DNA of 64,000 nt, taken from an uncultured bacterium (GTDB lineage: Bacteria; Hydrothermota; UBA3072; B12-G15). The stretch spans positions 15,480-79,479 of the forward strand of contig CAZQRW010000002.1 in NCBI GenBank assembly GCA_964596115.1. The letters run 5' to 3'. The notes under the pieces are model-generated. The model did no database searches and had not been told where the DNA came from. It saw only the letters and a program-made list of their open reading frames with translations. A program made the translations under genes and the position numbers. Below are positions 38,709-48,654 of this stretch, one piece after another (position 1 is the stretch's first letter; the number at the start of each line of letters is the position of its first letter).

Positions 38709-39642
38709 ATACGTAAGAACATTCTTTTTTATATCATTTATTTCAATAACAATTGTACTCATACTTACCTCAAGTAAAAAAACATTCTTTTCCATAAGAT
38801 TAATATCTTTTTCGTACTTCTTCTATGCTCTTTTAACCACTTCCTTGAGATATCTCTTTGACATCCTCAGAACCCAGACCATCGTTAACGCTATGGGGAA
38901 AAGGATAAATTTTAGTACTGCATTTACCTTCATATTTGGAGGTCAATTTCTTGGGGGGATTACTCCTTTCCAAGCAGGAGGAATTCCCTTACAACTATGG
39001 ATATTAAAAAGGAAGAATTTAGATTATGCTGAAGGTACAGCCACAATTTTCTTAAGAGGATTACTCTCTGCTCTTATTTTTCCTTTCCTACTTCCGTTTG
39101 TATATCAATATGGAAAAAATATTAAAAGTGACATATTTAGGGGATTACTTTTCTATATAATAATATTTTATGGGGTTGTACTACTTGTCGTTTTATTGTC
39201 CATAATCTTCACAGGCTTTTTTAAAAAAATTCTCCCAATAAAATTTGTAAATGGCGTTCAGAATTTCAAAAATGTCTTTACCAGCAAACTTAGAAAGCAT
39301 CCTATACCGATATTAATCTCCTTTATCTTTACAATTCTATCGTTGGGTTTTTATTTTTTCACTGCCCCATTACTACTAAAAGGGTTAGGGCTAAAAGTCT
39401 CTCTTATTAAAGTTGCAATACTTCAGGTGGTACTCACGTATGGGTTAAATTTTACTCCTTCACCGGGTGCAAGTGGATTTGCAGAAGCTGGTGCCTTAGG
39501 TATATTTTCTGTTGTTTGCCCAAAGGAATTACTTGGAATATACGTCGTATTATGGCGTTTTTTAACAGGCTATCTCGGAATAATTGTAGGAGGTATTGTC
39601 TCAAGCAAAATCACATATCCAGAAACCTCTTTGCATCATTAA
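38683..39642 (+). CDS. Second UPF0104/flippase-like membrane protein; tandem paralog
   Basis: It has the same topology and motifs as the upstream gene ('TPFQAGGIPLQLWIL', 'FTPSPGASGFAEAGA'). It overlaps that gene by 26 nt. Confidence 0.6.
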   Translation: MNERKKINKYVRTFFFISFISITIVLILTSSKKTFFSIRLISFSYFFYALLTTSLRYLFDILRTQTIVNAMGKRINFSTAFTFIFGGQFLGGITPFQAGGIPLQLWILKRKNLDYAEGTATIFLRGLLSALIFPFLLPFVYQYGKNIKSDIFRGLLFYIIIFYGVVLLVVLLSIIFTGFFKKILPIKFVNGVQNFKNVFTSKLRKHPIPILISFIFTILSLGFYFFTAPLLLKGLGLKVSLIKVAILQVVLTYGLNFTPSPGASGFAEAGALGIFSVVCPKELLGIYVVLWRFLTGYLGIIVGGIVSSKITYPETSLHH

Positions 39643-40291
39643 GCATATTAATATTATTGAACATTATATAACCGTTACTTCGTTTGAACCTTTTTATTTT
39701 TTGGAAATCCTCATTAGAAAATTTATACCTGTATCCTCCAATCCCATGAAGCCTGAAATATACAAAATCTTCATTAAAAGGCACTCTATTAAAGGGATCA
39801 ACTACATCTACAAGATTTAGAACAGATTTTAACTTCTTTAATAATATAGGGTCCCATTCCCCTCGCTCTTCCCATCCAAGGTTTAAATCCTCCCTATCAA
39901 TTTTTTGAAAGAAGTTTTCCAGATTTCTGATATTTTCTTCTGTCCCTAAAAATGAAGGTGGCGTTTGGAATACTATGAACTTCACTTTTAAAATTTTTGC
40001 AGCCAATTTTGTACTTTTCCATCCTTCCCATACAGAGGATGAATCCCTAAAATATCCTGCATTTGTGTATTCACCTCTTGACCTCCTATAAGTAGGAGAA
40101 CTTTCTGGATGTGAAATCAGTTGGGATGCCTTTAGTGTAAACTCAAATTCTTCAGGCGCTTCTGCTCTCCATTTTGTGAGAGTCTTTTCAGAAACTAAAT
40201 TATAGAATGTTTTTTGAATTTCTACTACTTTGAAGATTTTGTAATACTTTTCTTTCCCCACAGGAAAACCACAACATCCAATCTTTACCAT
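39611..40291 (-). CDS. DUF72 (UPF0759/YecE-like) family protein
   Basis: N-terminal 'VKIGCCGFPVGKEKYYKIFKVVEIQKTFY' matches the conserved DUF72 N-terminus (IGtSGW.y..W…FYP). Confidence 0.7.
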   Translation of the reverse strand: MVKIGCCGFPVGKEKYYKIFKVVEIQKTFYNLVSEKTLTKWRAEAPEEFEFTLKASQLISHPESSPTYRRSRGEYTNAGYFRDSSSVWEGWKSTKLAAKILKVKFIVFQTPPSFLGTEENIRNLENFFQKIDREDLNLGWEERGEWDPILLKKLKSVLNLVDVVDPFNRVPFNEDFVYFRLHGIGGYRYKFSNEDFQKIKRFKRSNGYIMFNNINMLNDAKRFLDM

Positions 40292-41466
40292 AATTTTTTA
40301 AAAGAAACACCTCTATAATAATGTTTCATAATTTTATCGTATGTATAACCCTCCCTTGCCATTTCCATTGCTCCATATTGACACATCCCCACTCCATGCC
40401 CATATCCATGCCCACTCACTACTATTTTATCCCCTCGGACTTCCATTGAAAAAAGTAAACTTTTTAGAGACACACCATCCTTTGGGAAAAGACTTCTTAT
40501 CCTATCCCTTTCTATTTTAAACTTACCCCTATCTGTTCCTACCTCGACTATCCTTACCCTCCCACTCCTCGTTCTCTTTGAAATCTTTACGTAGTTAACT
40601 CTATTAACTTCCTTACCAAATATCTCTTTTATTCTCATTTTTACTGTATCAAAAAATTCCTTCCTATCAAAAACTACTCTCCAGTTGAAATGGGGGGAAA
40701 ACCTGCAGAATGGTTTCCCAAACCTTCCATCATATACAGATCTCAGATATGGTACAGGTTTACTATTCCATACATCCTCGTTGTTTTCAGTTCTCCCTCC
40801 ACAGGTAGAAGAGTATCTTGCATCTATAGGCCGTCCTCTATATGTAGGCACCACACCCCTCGTTTCCTCTACTGCTCTATTGGTAATATCAGTTTCTTTT
40901 CTCATTCCTCCATACACTTGATGAGCAATTGTATTCCCCAGATCATACGGCATATTTCTTTTCATAGATCTTAGGGCATATGATCTCGATGCAACTGCCT
41001 GTGCCTTCAATGCCTCAATCATCCTTTCAGGAAGCCTCCCCATCTCAAAGGGAACAACACCTTTCAAATATTCTTCAATTGGAAGGTAGTTTACTATAAG
41101 TATATCATCTTTGTATTTAACAATCTTTATAAATCCTCTATAGGGACTGCCATTTAAATATATATAACCCCTTTCAAGTGGAAAAAAAACGACGGGAAAT
41201 CCTTTTTCTTTTATGATTTTGTTTTTCGCAACCCATATTTTAAAGGGATTAAAGGTCACCCGCACTTCACCCGCAAACACACCTTCCTTTTTCCCAATGA
41301 CAATTTTTGTGCCAACATCGGATGATATAGTTATTCGTGCAGGGTCTTTAATAATCAGGATTCTAACAGTAGGTTCTTTATGAAAAACCAGGTTTCTTCG
41401 CGTTACTAACGGCATACAGGATGAAAACGCTAAAAGAATTATAAGAGATACAAGGGTTTTCCTCAT
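40285..41466 (-). CDS. SpoIID/LytB-domain protein (amidase enhancer-like)
   Basis: Signal peptide at the N-terminus. 'ALKAQAVASRSYAL' and 'YSSTCGGRTENNEDVW' are characteristic SpoIID/LytB blocks. Confidence 0.75.
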   Translation of the reverse strand: MRKTLVSLIILLAFSSCMPLVTRRNLVFHKEPTVRILIIKDPARITISSDVGTKIVIGKKEGVFAGEVRVTFNPFKIWVAKNKIIKEKGFPVVFFPLERGYIYLNGSPYRGFIKIVKYKDDILIVNYLPIEEYLKGVVPFEMGRLPERMIEALKAQAVASRSYALRSMKRNMPYDLGNTIAHQVYGGMRKETDITNRAVEETRGVVPTYRGRPIDARYSSTCGGRTENNEDVWNSKPVPYLRSVYDGRFGKPFCRFSPHFNWRVVFDRKEFFDTVKMRIKEIFGKEVNRVNYVKISKRTRSGRVRIVEVGTDRGKFKIERDRIRSLFPKDGVSLKSLLFSMEVRGDKIVVSGHGYGHGVGMCQYGAMEMAREGYTYDKIMKHYYRGVSFKKLW

Positions 41467-41894
41467 CCAATATCCTTCAGAAATTCTTCCATAAGTTTAA
41501 TGTGGCTACCTCTCCAGTAAACTTTATTGCATTTTGGGCATAAGTAAAAAATCTTATGTGTCCGAAATGTATAACGAGGCACCATATCCTTTACCCTCTC
41601 TTTTGGCACTTTCTCAAGGGCTGTATTACAAAGGCTGCATCTTGAAAATTTTCTCTCACCTGAATAGTTTTTTGCTACTTCTTTTATTTGTTCTTTTATA
41701 TTTTCAGAACGTATTAGAAACACACCTCTATCTTTTTTTAATCTCTTATTCCTGGTAAGTATTATTCTCCCCTCATTATCAGCTTTCAGAATTAACCTAT
41801 TATTATCGGTATCCTTAAAATAAAGCGTGTCATAACCAAGTAATCGCATCCAACGCGCAAGTCTACCGAGCATAAAGTCACAAATGAATTTCAT
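41463..41894 (-). CDS. Mut7-C RNase-domain (DUF82) protein with a C-terminal zinc ribbon
   Basis: 'MKFICDFMLGRLARWMRLLGYDT' matches the DUF82/Mut7-C N-terminus. C-terminal 'CSLCN…CPKCNKVYW' is a zinc ribbon. Confidence 0.7.
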   Translation of the reverse strand: MKFICDFMLGRLARWMRLLGYDTLYFKDTDNNRLILKADNEGRIILTRNKRLKKDRGVFLIRSENIKEQIKEVAKNYSGERKFSRCSLCNTALEKVPKERVKDMVPRYTFRTHKIFYLCPKCNKVYWRGSHIKLMEEFLKDIG

Positions 41895-42527
41895 TCATTT
41901 AAGGCCCCAATTTTTCAAAAGCTTCTCTACCTCTTCTTGGGGAATAGGTTTTGCACCTCCAAGGAGTCTTGAAATGAACATAACCTTTGCAAGATACTCA
42001 ACCCTTTCAGCACGATAAAATGCCTCTTCAAGGCTTTTACCTATTGCCAAGGCCCCATGATTTGCCAGAAGAATCGAATTGTGATCTTTTATATAACCAG
42101 CGATTGAACGTGGCACATCTTCCGTTGAAGGGGTAGCGTATGGACTAACAGGAACATGCCCATTGGACAAAACTGCCTCAGACACAACAGGCTCAAGAGG
42201 TATATGTGAGACTGCAAAAGCTGATGCATAAGGAGAATGCGTATGAATTATACCAAACACATCCTTCCTTTTTTTATAAACCTCTATATGCATTCTGTAT
42301 TCGCTTGAAGGATTGTGAGAACCCGATATTTTTTTCCCTTCGATGTTTATTTTTACAAGAGAATCAATAGTAAGTCTACCTTTCGGAAGACCAGTTGGTG
42401 TTATAAGAATATTCCCATCTGAAAGTTTCGCGCTTAAATTTCCATCAGTAGCAACGACAAGGCCCCTCTCCTCTAAAAGCTTTCCGAAAAAAATGATGTC
42501 CTGCCTTAACTGGTATTCACTTCTCAG
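41895..42527 (-). CDS. Class II aldolase/adducin-family protein (fuculose-phosphate aldolase / MtnB-like); start codon uncertain
   Basis: The annotated 132-aa ORF starts at MHIEVYK…, which is the middle of the fold ('HTHSPYASAF'). Reading the same frame upstream gives '…GKLLEERGLVVATDGNLSAKLSDGNILITPTGLPKGRLTIDSLVKINIEGKKISGSHNPSSEYR'. That is the missing conserved N-terminal half. It has no in-frame ATG/GTG/TTG, so the 5' end at ~42527 (ATA/CTG) is provisional. Confidence 0.6.
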   Translation of the reverse strand: MRSEYQLRQDIIFFGKLLEERGLVVATDGNLSAKLSDGNILITPTGLPKGRLTIDSLVKINIEGKKISGSHNPSSEYRMHIEVYKKRKDVFGIIHTHSPYASAFAVSHIPLEPVVSEAVLSNGHVPVSPYATPSTEDVPRSIAGYIKDHNSILLANHGALAIGKSLEEAFYRAERVEYLAKVMFISRLLGGAKPIPQEEVEKLLKNWGLK

Positions 42528-42886
42528 TATAAACCTCCCCTCATCATATGGGAGAAACTTGTAACTCCAATTGTGAAAAGTGCAATAATGATAAATGCAA
42601 TACCCAATATAAGTAAAATCCCTTGAATAACAAAGTATACTCTGAATGCCTTCAACGATTGGAGAAGACCGTTTGGATCTTCCTTATCAACAATCTCGAG
42701 ACCGTTGGCAGCCCTAATCAAAAGTACTCCCTGCCATATTGGAAGCCAGGCAATAATAATACCCCAGATACTGAATACTGAAATTGCGCCAAGAACAATT
42801 GTTGTTATACCAAGAAATCTTATCCACCCTTTCATTAGTTGGGAAGTAATTTTTACCTCTTCAAACACCTTCTCATCTATTTCCAT
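42524..42886 (-). CDS. Small integral membrane protein; hypothetical
   Basis: Three predicted TM helices and no conserved motifs. Its 3' end overlaps the open upstream frame of the aldolase gene. Confidence 0.35.
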   Translation of the reverse strand: MEIDEKVFEEVKITSQLMKGWIRFLGITTIVLGAISVFSIWGIIIAWLPIWQGVLLIRAANGLEIVDKEDPNGLLQSLKAFRVYFVIQGILLILGIAFIIIALFTIGVTSFSHMMRGGLY

Positions 42887-43004
42887 TTTACCTCCTTTTT
42901 TCTCTGTATATTTTAAGACGAAATAACAAGTTTGTCAACAAGCCTTATTACTACTACGAATGCCTGCCTCTCAAGGAAAAAGCCGTGATTCGTAAATCGT
43001 GTAA

Positions 43005-43085
43005 AAAAGGCAAAATATAGGATATAGGATATGGAGAATAGGATGTAGGAATAAAACAGGGATTAAGATATAGAATATGGGATAC
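43005..43085. repeat. Degenerate short tandem repeat tract (ATAGGAT / ATAGGA / TAGGAA-like units) in an intergenic region
   Basis: The tract 'atataggatataggatatggagaataggatgtaggaataaaacagggattaagatatagaatatgggatacag' contains at least 7 imperfect copies of a 7-8-nt unit. It lies between the DUF89-thiL operon end and the upstream small membrane gene. Confidence 0.5.
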
Positions 43086-43141
43086 AGAAAAGACTTACGG
43101 AGGGTGAATGGGTGATGTATTTTTTGACAATATATGGATAT

Positions 43142-43978
43142 TTAACCCGTTCCAAAGTAGTAATCAAATTTTTTTATACCAAGATAATCTGCTACATACT
43201 CACACTTTGCCCTCAATAAAAAAAATATTTCCCTCTTTTCATCAATTAATGTTTCGGTATTTGCGTGTCCCTTTGCAATGACTATATCTGAAGCGTTATA
43301 AATTTCCTTAAATGTATCCGAAACTTCTTCAAATATTATACCAAGAGAATCACTCCCAGTTTCAATTACTTCTGCTGTTTCTAATATTCCTGTTTCATCA
43401 ATTTCGTCTATAGTTATATCGTTAATAACAGGGCCTGTTTTTACTGCGACGAATTTTTTTATTTTTAATTCTTCAAGTAGAATTCTATCAAAGATTATTT
43501 CGCCAGCGTTATCAGCTACAAGTAAAATGCTCTTTGAATTCAATAGTTTTTCTCTAAAATAAGTTATCCGATTAACGCGAAAATCAAAATCAAGTTCCTT
43601 CTCTATCTCATTAAAATCAAGATGAATTTTTCCACTGACACCAAGATCTATAGCATTTCCTACCGCAGATATTTTCAATGCAGAAAGTAATCTATCTTTA
43701 CTTCTTTCAACGTACCTTTTTAATAATGGATAAACTTCAAGTGCTATTCTATTTTCTCTCTTCTTTTCATCTTTATATGGGTCCTCCACGCCTGTTTCTT
43801 CTCTTATTATCCTGTTGACAAGTGTACCAAGGTGAGCGGGAGTCAATTCCGGCCTAATATCCGAAATACCTCTTGTAACTTTCCTCATTAATTCAATATT
43901 GCCCCCCTCGCCAATAAAGTTCATCGTCCTTAAAGCAAAATTTAATGCACAGGGATAGCATATTGGTTTAATTTTCAA
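43142..43978 (-). CDS. DUF89 (ARMT1-like, metal-dependent damage-control phosphatase family) protein
   Basis: The N-terminus 'MKIKPICYPCALNFALR' has the hallmark C.PC motif of DUF89. Length is 278 aa. It overlaps thiL by 4 nt. Confidence 0.6.
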   Translation of the reverse strand: MKIKPICYPCALNFALRTMNFIGEGGNIELMRKVTRGISDIRPELTPAHLGTLVNRIIREETGVEDPYKDEKKRENRIALEVYPLLKRYVERSKDRLLSALKISAVGNAIDLGVSGKIHLDFNEIEKELDFDFRVNRITYFREKLLNSKSILLVADNAGEIIFDRILLEELKIKKFVAVKTGPVINDITIDEIDETGILETAEVIETGSDSLGIIFEEVSDTFKEIYNASDIVIAKGHANTETLIDEKREIFFLLRAKCEYVADYLGIKKFDYYFGTG

Positions 43979-44853
43979 ATTTCACTCCGAAAATGATCAA
44001 ACCCCTCTATCTTTGCCCTTCTTCCGTCAATAAAAATGCCTTTTTGCGAAATTATTTTTCCTATCTTCTTAACATATGGGAGATCAACCTCATCAGGAGA
44101 TGAGAACAATAACTCATATTCATCTCCGCTCTCCAGAGAAAAAAATACCGGATCGAATCCCTGATTCTTACAAAATTCTATTACACTCTCTGATATAGGC
44201 AGATCCTTTGAACTTATGTCTATACCTACACCACTCTCCTCACTTATATGATCTGCATCCATTAATACCCCATCAGATATATCTATCATACTATTTATAT
44301 GATAATTTTTAATAAGTTCTTTCGCCTCTCTTATTTTCGGAATAGGTTTTAAGAACTTGTCTGTTGGACTCTCCCCACTTCTTAGAAGCATATACCCCAT
44401 CCTTGCATTACCTATACTCCCCGTTATATAAATAGTATCTCCGATCTTTGCCCCACTTCTTAAAACTGGCTTTTTCGCCTTACCAATAATTGTAAATGAG
44501 ATAAAAAGGAATTTACTGCCAATAGTATCTCCTCCTATCAGATCGACTTTAAAAAGGCTCGAAAGAGATTTTATCCCTTCCACTATTTCCTTCAGTTTTT
44601 CTACCTCTAACTCTGAAGGAATTCCTATTGCCAGAAGGGAGTGTAACGGGGTCCCAGCCATCGCAGCTATATCACTTAGAGCAGCTGCAAAACACCTCCA
44701 TCCTATATTGTAAGGCTTCATTTTTTTGAGAATAAAATGAGCGCCCTCAGAAAAAATATCTTTCGTGACTATTGTTCCATCCTTGAAAACTGCACAGTCA
44801 TCACCTATAGAAACTTTAATATCGCTATCATGTTTTTTGAATTCTTGTCTCAA
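43975..44853 (-). CDS. thiL: Thiamine-monophosphate kinase (AIR-synthase-related fold)
   Basis: 'IGDDCAVFKDGTIVTKDIFSEGAHF' matches the ThiL N-terminal motif (GDDaAv…v.stD.lvEgvHF). 'GGDTIGS' is also present. Confidence 0.75.
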   Translation of the reverse strand: MRQEFKKHDSDIKVSIGDDCAVFKDGTIVTKDIFSEGAHFILKKMKPYNIGWRCFAAALSDIAAMAGTPLHSLLAIGIPSELEVEKLKEIVEGIKSLSSLFKVDLIGGDTIGSKFLFISFTIIGKAKKPVLRSGAKIGDTIYITGSIGNARMGYMLLRSGESPTDKFLKPIPKIREAKELIKNYHINSMIDISDGVLMDADHISEESGVGIDISSKDLPISESVIEFCKNQGFDPVFFSLESGDEYELLFSSPDEVDLPYVKKIGKIISQKGIFIDGRRAKIEGFDHFRSEI

Positions 44854-44881
44854 AAACTGAATAAACTTGTGTTCTCCCCAC

Positions 44882-45247
44882 TCATTTACTAATTTTTTCG
44901 TAATTCTTAGTCCTCATTTTGATTTCTTCTTTTTTTCTTGCTAACCCATTTATAACAGAGTGGACTGGCTCACTTCCACCACCAATAAGTAAACCTGTAA
45001 GGAAGTAATCAACGTAATTAAGCCCTGGAGAACGAATTTCATTAAAAAAACCAAGACTTGTAAATAACCCCACCTTCCCAAAAAATGTTATCAAAAGCCC
45101 AAAGAATGTACATAGCGCCCAGGAGACAGTCTTTCTTTTTTTCTTCGGTATAAAATCTATAATCTGTTCAACGGCTCTTTCTATAACGAGAGAAAAAGCA
45201 AATACACCGAATAGTGTATTCATATAACCTCCAAAAAAAGGGGGCAA
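44882..45247 (-). CDS. Small membrane protein; hypothetical
   Basis: Two to three hydrophobic helices. No conserved motifs. Confidence 0.3.
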   Translation of the reverse strand: MPPFFGGYMNTLFGVFAFSLVIERAVEQIIDFIPKKKRKTVSWALCTFFGLLITFFGKVGLFTSLGFFNEIRSPGLNYVDYFLTGLLIGGGSEPVHSVINGLARKKEEIKMRTKNYEKISK

Positions 45248-45261
45248 CAGCCCCCCTTAGA

Positions 45262-45537
45262 TTACTTTACAGCACTTTTTAGACTGCTGCCGGCTTTGAA
45301 AACAGGTACTTTTCTGGCTGGAACCTTAATGATCTGTTTGGGATCCCTTGGATTTCTTGCCTGTCTTGCTTTCCTCTTCCTGACAGAAAAGGTCCCAAAT
45401 CCAACAAAGGTAACCTTTTCGTTCTTCTTCAATGATTTTGTAATCCCTGTGATCATAGAATCAAGTGCCTTCTGTGCCTGTTTCTTTGAGAGCCCCGCCT
45501 CCTTTGCAATTTTCTCGATCATGTCCCTCTTGTTCAT
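45262..45537 (-). CDS. hup: HU-family nucleoid-associated DNA-binding protein
   Basis: 'MNKRDMIEKIAKEAGLSKKQAQKALDS…FVGFGTFSVRKRKARQARNPR…' is the classic HU/IHF fold sequence including the beta-arm 'RNPRDPK'. Confidence 0.9.
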   Translation of the reverse strand: MNKRDMIEKIAKEAGLSKKQAQKALDSMITGITKSLKKNEKVTFVGFGTFSVRKRKARQARNPRDPKQIIKVPARKVPVFKAGSSLKSAVK

Positions 45538-45703
45538 ATAGACCTCCTTTTGGTTAATTGTTATGTTAAATATATAGTATTTTTAAGGGTTTGTCAAGTG
45601 TTTTTTTATTTTTTCCTTGTATTTTCAAAGTTTACATAAATTCATAGTTTGTTAATCCTTATATTCACCCACTTCCCGTGAATCCAAAATTTGCAAATTA
45701 GGC

Positions 45704-47653
45704 TTATGGGAAGAGCGATTTGATAGTCGTTCTTTCTAACTTTATTTCCGGTATGCTCTTTAGACGTAGTGAAAATTTATAATCCCAGTTTGAACCGTAA
45801 TAGCTATAAGAAAAAGACATTGACCAACAGTGTAAATCCCTCTTTAACGCAACACTCATATTTGTCATTTTACCCCTTTCAAAGTCATAGTGACTATTTA
45901 ACTCTACAAACCACTTCCTTGTTATATTCATTTTGAGTTTAGCATCTGCCTGTTGTGTCAAAGAAGTGTCCGTGAATGTTAGATGATGCCTTATATCAAA
46001 ATGGAATGGTTTACTTTCAAACTTCTTTTCAAGCGTAAAATCTGTATTAAGAAATATATCAGAAAATTTTCTTGTATATATGTCATAAGTTGTTGAAATA
46101 TTTGATGTAATTACATTAAAGGGTATCTTTCCATTTATCATGATTGGAGCAATCTTTTTTTCATCGAATTGATATGAAGATGCAGCACCCAAGGTTAATA
46201 ACTCAAATTTGTTTTCACCCATTTTTCCTTGCAAATCACTGGTTAATGAGAATATTAGGGATCTTCTTTGATGAGGTATAGAAAAAGGGGCTCCCGGAAA
46301 GAAATCCACCGAATCGGCTGAAGAGGTGTAAGAATATGAGAAACGAGGGGTAATAACATTCCTGAATTTATTAAATGGATAAACCCCAAAAAGGGAGAAT
46401 AAATAAATCTTCGTATGGGTTTGTAAAGAATAAGAATAATTCCAAATCATTCTGGGGATAGAATCCTTAGTCAAAGAGGTATAAAAATTGTTTACATTAA
46501 ATTTGCCTGTTACAACAAATGGAAACATATTTTTTGTTATGCTTGCATTACTTCTACTATTATTATAAAGAATATCCTCTTCGTTTCTTAAAGAGCTGGT
46601 AGAAAAATCAATGGAAACTGGCCCAATATGTCCTGGAAAGATAGTGACATTAAACTTTGGTAATTTCTCCTTTATCTCTCCTGTAAAAAGGTTCTTCTCC
46701 CATTCAAATATTACGTCACCACTGGCAAACGAAAAGCTCCTGGAAAGTGAAAGATAAGATTCTACATTTTGTGTTCCAGGGTTAACTACACCGGGGATAT
46801 AATCCCTATTAATATCTCTATCGCTCTGAAGATTGGAGAAAAATTTCATGTTTATGCCCCCGGGAATCTGAGAGTTATTATTCCCCTTCAATTCCCATCT
46901 CTCCCTACCACCCCTCTCTCTTTGATAGAATCCGCTAATGTTCCCCCTCGATTTATTTCCCTCAAGTGTCCATCTTAATTCAAAAAATGGCCTTAAACCC
47001 ATACTTGTATAAAAGTTGAAACCAAGCGTGGCATCCGCGTTTGATCCAAGTGTCTGATACCATGCAATATTTTCGATATATTTTCCTGCATAACCCGATG
47101 AACCAAATTTTGGCATTAAAAATCCTGATCTTCTTCCCCTTGAAAGAGGGTACATCCAAATAGGTATGTAAAATAATGGAATACCTGAAACAACAAGAAA
47201 TATATTGGATGCCATAAGCTTATCATTCAGTATAACTTTCATTCTGGGAGAAAAAAAATAGTAGTGGGGAGGGCTGAGATCACAGGTAGTAAATGTACCC
47301 TTGTTTATTTTAAGAATCTTATTCTTATAGAATCTCACCTCTTTCCCTGTCATCCAGCCCTTTTCTACTTTTGTCCTTCCATTATTCACAACTCCCTTTT
47401 TTTCATCAAAAAAATAGACCATTTTATCACCAGTTATTTTTTGGTCCTTTTCATAAAAAATAGGATTACCATTTGCTATAAGTTTCTTCTTATCGATGAA
47501 ATAGGATATTGTTTCTGCCTCCACCCTTAAATCCCCATATATAACCTCACCTTTTCCAAATAATTTTACGGAGTTACTTTCCGGAAAAAATAAAATTCTA
47601 TTGCCAGAATACTGGATTGAATCTGCTTGAAAAAGTATAAGGAAAAGGATCAT
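45704..47653 (-). CDS. lptD: LPS-assembly outer-membrane protein LptD-like
   Basis: N-terminal OstA-like domain ('…[35 protein letters not shown]…'). '[20 protein letters not shown]…[11 protein letters not shown]' matches the conserved LptD block (yTTC…P.FY.PY). A large C-terminal barrel follows. It is co-located with lpxD, skp and bamA. Confidence 0.7.
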   Translation of the reverse strand: MILFLILFQADSIQYSGNRILFFPESNSVKLFGKGEVIYGDLRVEAETISYFIDKKKLIANGNPIFYEKDQKITGDKMVYFFDEKKGVVNNGRTKVEKGWMTGKEVRFYKNKILKINKGTFTTCDLSPPHYYFFSPRMKVILNDKLMASNIFLVVSGIPLFYIPIWMYPLSRGRRSGFLMPKFGSSGYAGKYIENIAWYQTLGSNADATLGFNFYTSMGLRPFFELRWTLEGNKSRGNISGFYQRERGGRERWELKGNNNSQIPGGINMKFFSNLQSDRDINRDYIPGVVNPGTQNVESYLSLSRSFSFASGDVIFEWEKNLFTGEIKEKLPKFNVTIFPGHIGPVSIDFSTSSLRNEEDILYNNSRSNASITKNMFPFVVTGKFNVNNFYTSLTKDSIPRMIWNYSYSLQTHTKIYLFSLFGVYPFNKFRNVITPRFSYSYTSSADSVDFFPGAPFSIPHQRRSLIFSLTSDLQGKMGENKFELLTLGAASSYQFDEKKIAPIMINGKIPFNVITSNISTTYDIYTRKFSDIFLNTDFTLEKKFESKPFHFDIRHHLTFTDTSLTQQADAKLKMNITRKWFVELNSHYDFERGKMTNMSVALKRDLHCWSMSFSYSYYGSNWDYKFSLRLKSIPEIKLERTTIKSLFP

Positions 47654-48654
47654 CTCTTTTTTTCGAGTGTCTTAATCCTCTCAAGAATCTCAGGAATCTT
47701 GGCAATAAGGGCATTAAATCGGAGTGTTTTCATCCTCTCATCTGCAGGATATCCAAAAATAATTTGCCCCTTCTTAACGTCTCTCATTACTCCTGACTGG
47801 GCAAGAATAAGTGCATCATCTTCTACATTTAGGTGATCTGCTATGCCTGCCTGGCCTGCTATTATAACCCTGTCTCCTATCTTAACGCTTCCTGCAACGC
47901 CCGCCTGGGCAACTATCACTGTGTCTTTACCAACCTTCACATTATGAGCGATTTGTACAAGATTATCTATCTTTGTCCCTTTTCTAATGACTGTTTCACC
48001 AATGGTGGAACGATCAATCGTCGTATTCGCACCAATTTCTACATCATCCTCTATAATCACCCTACCCACCTGTGGAATTTTCAACCTTTTTCCATCTTTA
48101 TTTATATAGCCAAATCCATCACTTCCGATGACAGCACCCGCGTGGATTATAACGTTATCCATTAAAATTGACCTATCATATATAGAAACATTTGGGTATA
48201 TTATTGCATTTTTTCCTATTGTGACATTGAAGCCAATATAAACGTTAGGAAAGATAACTGTACCAGAATTTACGGATACGCCATCCCTTATAATTACATT
48301 TTCTCCTATCGAGACATCCTTTCCCAATTCTGCATTACCAACAATTGCATGCTCCGAAATTCCTTTCCTGAATTTAACAGGTTCAGGGAAAAAATGATTA
48401 AGAAACCTGACAAAGGATTCTTCTGGGTTATCAACAAGAATATAATTGTATTCTCCTTTAATTTCGGAATCCTCTTTTACAACATAAATTGTTTTTTTTA
48501 ATTTCTTGATTTTTTTGAATTTAGAAAAGTTGAATATAAAGACAATATGATATGGTTTTACATCCTCTGGATCCGTAATACCCTTTATCTTTATATTTTG
48601 TCCCTTGTACTTTCCTCCAACGACCTTTGCAATTTCCTTCCCACTACTTAACAT
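47650..48654 (-). CDS. lpxD: UDP-3-O-acylglucosamine N-acyltransferase
   Basis: N-terminal LpxD domain followed by ~25 hexapeptide (left-handed beta-helix) repeats and a C-terminal helix. '[20 protein letters not shown]' is present. Confidence 0.85.
   Translation of the reverse strand: MLSSGKEIAKVVGGKYKGQNIKIKGITDPEDVKPYHIVFIFNFSKFKKIKKLKKTIYVVKEDSEIKGEYNYILVDNPEESFVRFLNHFFPEPVKFRKGISEHAIVGNAELGKDVSIGENVIIRDGVSVNSGTVIFPNVYIGFNVTIGKNAIIYPNVSIYDRSILMDNVIIHAGAVIGSDGFGYINKDGKRLKIPQVGRVIIEDDVEIGANTTIDRSTIGETVIRKGTKIDNLVQIAHNVKVGKDTVIVAQAGVAGSVKIGDRVIIAGQAGIADHLNVEDDALILAQSGVMRDVKKGQIIFGYPADERMKTLRFNALIAKIPEILERIKTLEKKR

Noticed and set aside
43005-43085. Short repeat tract considered as a possible CRISPR array.
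   Set aside because: The units are only 7-8 nt long, imperfect and contiguous, with no spacers. There are no cas genes and no 25-40-nt direct repeats anywhere in the window.
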